64,000 nucleotides of DNA from Selaginella moellendorffii (lineage: Eukaryota > Plantae > Lycopodiophyta). This document shows positions 12,658 through 22,946 of this stretch, one piece after another (positions within the stretch are counted from its first letter, which is position 1; each line of letters begins with the position of its first letter). Location: the NCBI RefSeq assembly GCF_000143415.4, contig NW_003314289.1, positions 1,135,680 through 1,199,679 on the forward strand, in the 5' to 3' direction. The notes under the pieces were generated by a model that was not told the origin of the DNA, did not search any database, and worked only from the letters and a program-made list of their open reading frames with translations. Position numbers and translations under genes: made by a program.

Positions 12658-13944
12658 CTTTGATGCATGTTGGTTATAATGGTTTTACAAGTGGTGAATC
12701 ATAAGATAGATAGTGGTGAAACACTAAACCATTTTGTTTATGCTTACTATTGAAGACTTGGGTTACAATGCTCAATTTTTTTTTAGGGAACCTTGCTATT
12801 GCTCCTTGAATAGCTTGGTGTTAAATTAATGTTGAGTTTAGTTGGAAAAAGAGTGGAATAAACTTATCCATATTGTGAACAAAATTAGTGATGGTAAGTG
12901 TTGTAAATCTCTATTGGTGAAGTGTGGTATTTATGTTGCATTTTGTCAAATAGAATTAGCATTTGATACTCATATAAAGTTTTAAAGTAATAATGTAGGC
13001 TTGCTCGTGGTGTTGTTCAATTGATGATCAAGTCATTGTGATTCTTTATATCATATTCATATGATAGTGAACAATGTGTTTATGAAGTTGCTTGGTTAAA
13101 TGATAATTAACCCCAAAGTGGTTGATGGTGAAGCTAGTCTATTTACATGTAGTAGTATTACAGTAACTTTGACTAGATTCACAATAGTTATCCATTATGC
13201 TAAACTTAAATTGGTATCTTGTTTCTTTACTCATAAAGTGTTGGAAACATTCACTTACTATGGCTTGTTGGTAAATCCATTACACTTGGAATAGATTATT
13301 GGATGGTGAAAGTGTGAAGTTAAGGCATTGGTATTGTTAACACTTGTGTTAGTGGAAATAGCATTACTATATTGAGTGATAAGGAATTTTCCTTAGAGCT
13401 TGATTATCCATGTCATTTTTTTTGTTAATGTTTTAGCTTTATATTGGATCTTAAACGTGGTTGAAGAAGAGTGTTAGTGCAATATAAATATTCAAAAATT
13501 TGGTCTTTGTAATCAAGTCTTATATGTTCATTTTCTAATTTGCAAATATCGATGTTGAATGTTGGAAATATAGGCATGATGTTTGATGCTTAAACATACT
13601 ATTGGGTCATAAGAATTTGTGTTGAAGTGAACATATGTGAAGTTATTAATAGGAGGAAGTTAATTGAGTTTTGAAAGTTTGTATTCTTAGATTGAGAGTT
13701 ATTTTTTCTCTAGGATGGAAATTTTCCACAAACTTTGTTAGACTTTTTCAATAGCTAATATGTTAATCACTTTGCTCGAAAACCATTCTGTTTTTATAAG
13801 TCAATACAAACTAGTGAAGGACTTTGATTAGCTTAGACCTTAGTTGGTAATTTGTATGATGCAACTTGAAAGGGATATTAACTTTTGAGTCTAAAGAAAT
13901 TAAATTGGATAGAGTCTAGAGTTGGTGTAAAAAAGTGGCCATTA

Positions 13945-13968
13945 AAGCTCTATTTCGTTAAAGTGGGA
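13945..13968 (+). repeat. Left terminal inverted repeat
   Basis: AAGCTCTATTTCGTTAAAGTGGGA. Confidence 0.9.
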
Positions 13969-14386
13969 ATTGTCATTATCCCACTTGTAAAATAAGGTTT
14001 CCAAACCTTTATATAGTATATAAATATAACAAAATTCAATTGCATTGAGGCACATGCCATTTTATTTTAAACAAGGAAATGTCTACTCAATCACTTCTCC
14101 TCCCCCTGCCACTGCTTCACCTCTCTCTTCTCCTTGTCATCGTCGTCCAATTTCTTTCCATCCTTTTAATATTGGCTCAGTTGCTCCGAGTCTAGGTGGA
14201 GCCCAAGTCCCCATTCAATCTTTACTTTCCCCTTATTAATAAAACAACTTCGCAGACTTCCAATAACATGCTGTAACACTTCTAGTATAATGCAAATCCT
14301 CTCAAAGAATTGTCTTTTAATATTAATACAATGGCATGGAACCCCATGCCATAATAAGTTACATTTTTAAATAAATACATGCCATC

Positions 14387-15249
14387 TCAGACTATTATTT
14401 TTTGCCTCCAACGCCTATACAATAATCTTGGAATTTCATCACTCTCCACACTATCAGGATTTAAACCTAATAGTAATGCCATCTCTTCTCTAATACGTCC
14501 ACGCTCATGTTCAGTGGTCGAAGAACCCATCCGGTTGAGCAGATTATGGAGATGCGGATAGTGCTTGGCTAGACAATATACATGCCATAAATGATGACTG
14601 GTGTCTGTCCGATCAAATGGCTTCTGATATACCGTTCCATCTGCCATTTGGTTGATTTCTGCAGCCACCTCCTGGACTGGCCGGTTCTCTATCACCATCG
14701 CTTCAAGCCGTTTTGCAAGGTCCCCCAGAACATACGATTTCTTCTCCCTAGTTTCCATACTGCAAGAGATGGGGTGCACTGCATATGTGTGCGTGTTCGC
14801 TGCAGTTTTAATCGGCGAGTCATCGATGATGAGGATTTCACTTGACCTAGCAGTCCGGTTCATCACTACAGCCTTTGCCTTGACGAAGATGGGCTTGCTA
14901 CCCCTCACATGGACCATAGTCAAGCAATCCTCCTGCGTTAGGAGAAAGTCAAATGGTAATATTACTCGCGTCTGATCGTGCATCATCTGTAGCAACGTTA
15001 ATGCATTGTGGCGCATCATGGATGTCCAAACTCCCAATTGCAAATTGAACCCGGCCCTCTGTTTTAAGTGTTGCATGGTCATTATTAGATCCCGCAGTTT
15101 CTCCCGTGTGATTAATGTGAATCTGTCTCTTTTGACCAACTTGCGACCGCAGGCTTTGGAGGGTGCAGTGACATTCGAGGACGAGCCACGCTCATGGGAG
15201 AAAAGGACACCGTTCAGATCAAAAACGATACAGTACTTTCGCCGTGACT
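14387..15249 (-). CDS. Terminal exon encoding an FCP1-homology (NIF/SCP) HAD phosphatase-like domain
   Basis: Motif I DLNGVL (DxDxT variant), motif II WTS, motif III K in PIFVK, motif IV IIDDSP. Open for about 290 codons. Confidence 0.75.
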
Positions 15250-18200
15250 CTGAAATGAAATGCGTCAGCATAAAAAATGGTACAAGTCAATTTTACCATC
15301 TACAATATTAGCGAATGGTGCTCCCGATGGTCGTTTAGAGGGTTTTGGTCGAGGAAACGTGAAGGGCGGAAATACTCTCCTCTGCAATGTGGGGTCAATC
15401 GCATCCGATGGCGTGTGGGCACATGCCATTTCAGCTGTAGACTCTGGTACAACTGGCTCAACAGTGGCATGGGGTGGTTCCGATGGCGTTTGATCACACG
15501 CCATTTCAGCTGGTGCCTCCGTTGGCAAAGTGGACATGACCGAATAGGCAGCAGGGGCGGTGTAGGGAGGTTCCAACGGCGCGTAGTCAGACGATTGGGC
15601 ACACGTTGGAAATGAGGATACGACCGGCTCGGTGGCTAGGGCGGCCTCATGCGGGTCCAATGGCGCCTGGTCACCGTCAGTTGGATACGTGGACAAGATT
15701 GACTCAGTGGTATGGGCAGCATCAAGTGGAGCGTGGTCAACTTGCTTGGCGTTGATATGGATAGTAGCCTCCACCAGCTCTGATGACTCTTGCAGGCAAG
15801 TAGAGTCCACTGGCGGATCCATATGCATGTCCAAATATCTCCCTTCGATTGAGATGGTATCCTCCCGTGCTACTAAAAACAAACTCATTAGCACATTGAA
15901 TCGACTATACTGTATTTACCATCAACTGCTATTGAGGAACTAGGACCGATATCACTTGGGCGCACTGCTGATTCTGAAGGATTGGACATACGTTTCGACC
16001 CTTACTTGGCACTATCCTTCCTCGACACTAAAGGCTAGAGTTTGTATCTTAATTCAACTGAATAATCTCTACTTACCATTTCTTCTGCGACCTACATGGA
16101 CAATGTTAGAAATGGTAAAAGGTTAGGAATGGATGTACTATTATTTACCTGATGGTTTGTCTTGTATGACCTTCCTCCGCTGCTCTTTGGCCACCTTAGG
16201 CTGGCCATCGTCGTCATCATCGTCATCGTCGTTATTGTGATCGTCACCATTGTGAGGACCATCCAAGTCCTCTTCGTCCTCCTCTTCTTCATCCTCCTCT
16301 TCTTCGTCCTCTTCTTCTTTGTCCTCCTCTTCGTCCTTCTGCTCTTCCTGCTCATTATCTTTCTCTGGCTCCTCATCCCCCTCTTGCATTTCTTCCATAG
16401 GCTACTCAGGCTGGATGGCTTGTTTTTCCAGGACCATCTTGGGAAAATCATCTGGCCGAGTCTCCATCTCAAAATACAAGACATCCATAGCCTGTTTTAG
16501 TGCGTGACCTAGGACCGTATCCTCACCCGACTGTCTTAACATGGTTTCTGCACGTTCTTGCACCCTTCGAAGACGACGAGATGAGAAAAACGTGGCCCTG
16601 ACTTGAAAAGCATCCCTCATCCATTGTACCTCTCCATTGAGATTGGGGAAGGGGAGTCCGCCATAGGAATCTGAGTCAGAAGGTGGTGACTGGCTCCTTT
16701 CACTCAGCCCTTGATCTGCAATGAATGGCATGAGCACACACGCCATAACCGCGAGGCATTACCTATCATCTTTTCGTTGCCCTTCTTCCTTTTCGAATCA
16801 AACGCCTCTGATCCCGACGACTGTCCAACATGCTTTCGCTTTTTATGACCACTGTCAGTTTGAGCTTGGCTGGTGCTTGCCTGTTTTGCCTTTGAAGAAG
16901 TGTCTCCTGCAAGGAATGGCATGAGACCACACGCCATTGCAAATATAATTTGTACCTCCTTTTTTCCTATTGCTTGTCTGTTTGTCCTTCTTCGACGCGC
17001 CACCAGTGCGCTTTTCAGTCCTCGTGTTTGAATATTCACAACGATCTATAATCAAAATGGTGTGAGGCCTCACGTGACCTTACCTTGTGCAGGTTGTGAC
17101 CTCGGCCTAACATCAGTAGCTGTTAACGCCGTTTCAGCATCTGGGGGTGGCCACGCTCTTGCATACAGAGCTTGTGAGATAACATTTAAACTTAAAGTGC
17201 GTACTCACCAGGTTCGTAGAGAAGATACTGTTTTTCTTTGGCAACTGTAATTATATGCTCCATTGAAGTCACCTCTTCAATGGAGTTTGTCACCGCAACA
17301 CACGGGACACCCTTGAGTAGTGCGGCTCGAAAGAATAGTCCGCCGCAGTTGTACTCGACAACGCATTTGCCCTTGGAGTCACCCGCTATTGCGTTGAAGA
17401 CCCAGCTGAGCATTTCCCATGCTGCACCTAGAGCTTTCTTTGGATTCGAAAGCTCCATAGCCGTCTTCAGTTCCTCAGGCACGGGTAAATTGACCTCCCT
17501 CAGATCAATTCGATCGGCTTTGTTGAACGAAGCTGGGAAGTCACTCTAGTCCCACTCTGCTGCAGGACCAATAACAAGGGCGAGTGTGAAGATGCGGATA
17601 TTCGTCGGTATTTTCTTCTTAGCCATTATCCCATGGATCTCCCGCATCTCCTTGCCTTTCAACCGAGCCTTCACCTCGTTCAAGGCCTTCCAGAACTTGT
17701 GATAGGATTCGGAGTCGTAGATCATATAGTGGACTGAAGATTCCACCTCCGCAAGTCCCACCATTAAGTCAATGATGGAGCTGACTTCGTCTGCATGAGT
17801 GATCTCCTCGTTTGTGAAGTCCATCACACAAAAGATGTTCTTGACCTGCTCATCTCCGCGGGAAACGATGCTCCTCCACCTTTGATCCTCATCCGAATTC
17901 ACGTATACCCGGTAAGGTTCTCGATAGGCCTCTGCTGCGGGGTCGAGCTGTTTCTGAAGCCGGCGGTCGACATCCCTCTTAATGAAATTTGGATACTGAT
18001 CCAACTTCTCAGCTTTACTTTTCGTGGCATCCCGCAGCAGATCGATGAACTTGGGGGCCCCCTTCACGTACTCGTCGATGTCTTCATTTGACAAGTCCAG
18101 CTCTTCCATCATCTCTTGCGTGGTGTCGATGCTCACCCTCGCCACGGCCACTTGCTCGAAGATCCAATCCTTCAATAGCGCACGAGCTCTCAGAGTCGTG

Positions 18201-19992
18201 CACAAGTCCTCGTATGTCACAATATGGCCGGGAGTCATTTTGGTCTTGTTGAAGACTACCTCACCACGTAGAAGAGCATTAGCCACTGTCAGAAGGTCGT
18301 CGTCGTCTAGAGACCGCGAGAAACGCAAGGCGTTGAGCTTCAAATCATTGGGCTTCCGGCCGTCCTCCACACCCATTGAGTTTAGCAACTCCCCGTCATG
18401 GTACCTCCTCAGCACATCTACCCATTTGTCAAAAACAACTTTTGTTGCGAGTAGAATGTTATGGATGCTGAGTGTGTCATTGACCCCCAGTGTTTTCGAG
18501 AGAAGACTCAAGAATTCCTGCAATGGAAATGGCGTGAGGCCACATGCTATGCCACATGCAACGAGGCTTACCTACCAGGCGCTAGTTGCTAGTGCACGTC
18601 CTTGTCCTGGTTTTTGTGGCTTCTTCAGTTGAACCCAGAGCTTCCGTGTTCGTGCCAATGTCTCGTGCAGACCCGATTTGTAGCACGTTTCTTGCTTGAC
18701 ATTCTGCGCGTGGGAGATGTATATGATAGATCGGAGGGGCGAGTTGCCTTTTATCAGGCGGACAACTCTTGTCTTGAAGACTTTCTTCACCTCCTCGCCC
18801 ACCATAATACCCACAACTATCTGTTGCATCGCCAAGCTAGAATGCTGCCCGGAGACGGCATAGAACCGGATGTTCTGATCGTCCAAAACCTTCCTATTGA
18901 TCAAGTCTGAAAACCTCGTCTCGCCCTTCATTGTTCGGTAGTAGGGGATCACGTCTGCGATGTCGGGTGTTACTGGACTTGCCAGCATCTTCTGCTTCAG
19001 TTTCTCCACCCACTCATCAGATACTAGCCTGTGGTTGTATTTGCTTTGGATCTCGATACGGCTCACGTCGATTGTATATACTTTGTTGGAATAGTAACAA
19101 GTACTATTATCTGCGACGATTTTTGTTGCCTCTTCTTGCTCTTTCTGCTCTTTGCGGCTCTTCTTTTTGGTGGGTGTAGTGTTCGAACCCGAGGCAATGG
19201 CATCACCGAGTAGCTTCTTTTTTGGAGCAGCAGAGTCGGACGTCGGCTTGAGCTTGACCACCCTTTTCTGCTTCGGGGTAGTATCCAGATCGACCCCTTT
19301 CCCCTTCGCTTCGCAAACTGGAGGCACTCTCAACGGCTCAATGTTGGAATATAGTTTTTGAACATCGCCGTAGGTGAGGTCCGTGGATTCCATGTGATCT
19401 TCATAGACCCGCAGCGTCTTTGAAATTGTGGGCCTCCTGGACAACCTCTCCCTAGCTCCCTCTAGGAATTCCTCATAGCCGCTGCCCCCCTCCGGGAAGC
19501 CGCTAGAATGTGCAAGGTGGATCTTGAAGGCGGACGCTGTCTCTACCACAAGTGCCAGTCCATATTCTTGCATGGAACTGCATGGAGTGTCTGTCACTTG
19601 GATGAGGATCCCCATGCATTCTTTTCTCCCACCATCTGTGTTGTACAGCATCAGATCCTTGCCTTCCATCCCGAAAGTCCAACTGGTGAGCTCCTCCCCC
19701 TTCTCTGCATCCACATTGACAGTGGCTGGAAGAAGAACGCAATTCCTCGCCTGTTCAGAAATGCACAACAATTAGAGCTGACAGATGAAAAGCTAGCAGC
19801 TAGAAATAACGTGAGGCCACACGCCATTCACCACTGCATCAGATGTCTTGAGGCTGCATCCTAAGATGGCGTGAGGCTACACGCCATCTGTAACCGGACT
19901 GCACTCGAGAGCCCAATCGGTGCATGCCAATGTTGCTACTGAATGGCATGTGGCCTCATGCCATTTTCTACTTGGTCTAAAAGACTTACCAT
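14387..19992 (-). pseudogene. Transposon cargo gene of about 1,600 aa: ParB/Srx-like domain, degenerate amino-MTase-like fold, acidic low-complexity region, FCP1/SCP (NIF) HAD-like domain; carries premature stops
   Basis: Frame-consistent GT-AG model: ATG 19992-19990 | 19750-18572 | 18517-17209 | 17170-17084 | 17045-16956 | 16906-16763 | 16715-16148 | about 16029-15920 | about 15873-15297 | 15249-14387. Motifs: NHRLVSDEWVEKLKQKM...FYAVSGQHSSLA (ParB-like); SKGKCVVEYNCGGLFFRAALLKGVPCVAV (MTase-like); CIVFDLNGVLF...VWTS...ILIIDDSPIK (FCP1-like HAD). In-frame stops at 18574, 17548, 16404 and 16004. Confidence 0.7.
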
Positions 19993-21589
19993 TTGAAGCC
20001 GAATGGAGGCCGTGACAATCGAGGCCGGACTCGCTGGCGAATGTGCACTGTGTGTGTAGCGGATCGTAGCAGCAAGGCTACTCTGCCACTTACAGTTGGA
20101 GAGTGGTGCTGAAATCTCCCGGGACGCCAAGTGGGCTGCGTGTGGGTGGCGGAGTGGGCGGCGGAGTTGGCGGCGAAGTTACAAACTGGGTGTGTCTTGA
20201 AGTGGACGCCGATGCACACGAGCGCGATGCGAGCGCGAGTATGATGCAAGCGCGAGTGGACGCCGATGCACACGAGAAACCTGTAGAGAAGTGAGCGTGA
20301 TCGCGAGTGGGAGCGCGATGCGAGCGGGAGCGCGAGTGTGATGCGAGCGCGAGCGCGAGTGTGCGAGCGCGAGTACAAAGCAAAATGCAAAACCTAACCT
20401 CACACGCGCGAAATGTCACAACGGTTGGTAATCCCACCACGTCATCATTCCTCGGACTTGGGCGCCACCATTAATTTCTGGATTGCCGCGCGCATGCAAG
20501 CACGCAAAATCCAAAAGAAATCCGCAACGTCATCATTCCTCAGACTGCATGCACGCGAAATCCAAAAGAAAGATCATGATTGGGATATCATTTAATACCC
20601 TCGCTATATTTATACCATGCATGATTGGATATTCCAAAGCATCTTGTATTTCCAAAAATGGCAGATGTTCAGCTAAATAAAGAAATTCTATCTGTTTCTA
20701 TTTTTCTCTCAAATCAATATTATAGCGTGTGGGCTCATGCAATTTTGAACCAAAGAAACCCAAAAAACGTTAGACCCAAAATATTTTGAAAAAACCCAAA
20801 AAACCCTAATCATTTTAAACCCAAAAATCCAGGCGTCCTGTGGCGTTATTCCTTGAATGGCGTGTGGGCGCATGCCATTTTCAGGGCCAAATGCTGAATG
20901 GAGAAAAATTCCCTTTCAGTGCAAATGCTGCAAGAGGCAGATGCCGAGCACAAAGGACTGTAACTACCTCACATGACACAGATAAACTTTTCTTTATTTG
21001 GCAAAGATAAACTTTATAGCGTGTGGGCTCATGCAATTTTGAACCCAAAAAATGCACCAAAAAATTCTCGGCGTCATCTGGCGTTATCTCTTGAATGGCG
21101 TGGGGCCGCATGCCATTTTCAGGGGCACATAGGAGTATATTCCTAGGATATTCTGACACGTGCGAGATTTTTTTGAGTTTTCTGGAGATCCAACCGTTAG
21201 ATCGCAACTAGATTTTACAGAATGGTATACAATGTCTTTCTTGATGACCCTGCAAAGAAGCATCTCGATCGGACACTACATGAGACCACACGAGCCTTAC
21301 AATGTTTCAGGGGCATTTGCCATAGATCCGACCGTTATTTTGCTCCAAGATTTTATAGTTTAGTGTGCATTGACCTTTCCATCGAAACTGCAAAGGGACA
21401 TCACAATCAGATGCGGGATCACAAGAAACTAACTTCACTAACTCTGGTTTCACCAATATCTACGTAAGGAGTTATGAAATGAAAGGACCCTCTCTATTGA
21501 AATGTGTTTATGGTCCTAGGGGCATTGTGACATATCAAAGGATTTTGCATCAAGTTCTGTATTTGCATGTTTATCAAGCTACTGAATTG

Positions 21590-21616
21590 CTAAACCCTAA
21601 ACCCTAAACCCTAAAC
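21590..21616 (+). promoter_or_regulatory. Plant telomeric repeat run (CCCTAAA x3, telo-box) in the divergent intergenic region of the transposon
   Basis: CTAAACCCTAAACCCTAAACCCTAAAC. Confidence 0.6.
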
Positions 21617-22946
21617 ATGTGGCAAATGCTGCGTGAAGAAAGATGCCCTTTCTGGGCAAATGCTGTAAGAGGCAGATGCCGAGCAGATGTATCTCAGGCT
21701 AGCGAAGGGGACAAACGAAAGCTAGCTATAAACATGACGGGATGCAAATAGATTACTAGGCTGGTCCTACGAAAATCAAAAACCATAATTGAAAACATTG
21801 AAAATGCAAAAAGAAAGGTTTATAATATTTTTGAATTTTAAGCAACCAAAGGAATGTAAGTAGGGCATGTGTTTGTAAGTTTAAAAATGCCTCAACCACT
21901 TAAATTCCCAAGTAAATAAAGCTGTTTCTATTTTTGGTACAGATAAACTTTATAGCGTGTGGGCTCATGCAATTTTGAACCCAAAAATGCACCAAAAAAT
22001 GCTCGACTAGCATTATTCTTTGAATGGCGTGTGGCCTTATGTCGAGCATTATTCTTTGAATGGCGTGTGGCCTTATATTGCCATAAATGGACGTACACAC
22101 ATAGCATAATTATTCCTTTACACGGCGAATAATCTTGGCGCGGATCGCTGACATGGCATGGAAAAGTTCAAATCACTGACATGGCACAGCTGGATCGAGG
22201 CAAGGACATGATGTGACAAAGTTCAACCTCCGACAGCAAAGTCTAGAAGCTACTCAGTTTGAAATTTGTCAGAGGAGTCATAAGATCTGGTTTGTCAGAG
22301 GATTTGATGTGACGTTCAAGCGTGTGTTATTTTTGAATTCTCGAACTCATTCCTAGATCTATCATTTTTGTGCGCCGTGTTCTTGGTTCCGCTGAGCGCA
22401 GTGAGCGCTGCTTGTGTAAGCGGCGTTGTGGGCTGTGGTTTATGCGTCTACGAGCGGTTGCGGCATTGCGAGCGCCATTGCGAGCGGCAGTTTATGCGAG
22501 TGGCAGTTTGTGCGAGCGGCGCTACGAGCAGTTGCGGTGTTGCGAGCAGCGCTACGAGTAGTTGCGGTGTTGCGAGCGGCACTGTCTTTGGTGTGGCTAC
22601 CGCTTCCTCTTGATATTCGGCACTTGTGCTTCCTGGTATGTTCACCATAGAATGGCTTAGGACCACATTTAGAAATGGCATGAGGCCACATGCCATCTTG
22701 GGCCCTTGCAATTTCATGGCTAGCGTATTGTCATGTATGTTTTTACTTGCCTGCAGCTGTGTGTATATCAAGATGGCATGAGGCCTCATGCCAATTTTGT
22801 GAATGCGAAATTTCACGTGGGTGTCAATAGCATGTTTGAATAATGGCATGTGGCCTCATGCTATTGAGGTTGTTTGGTATGTTATGATTTAGGCCATTCT
22901 CCAATCATTTTTTGTATGGTCTTAACTTCTTTTCTGCACTTTCAGA

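Noticed and set aside
21590-21616. Telomere or chromosome-healing site
   Set aside because: Only about three repeats, with element sequence continuing on both sides.
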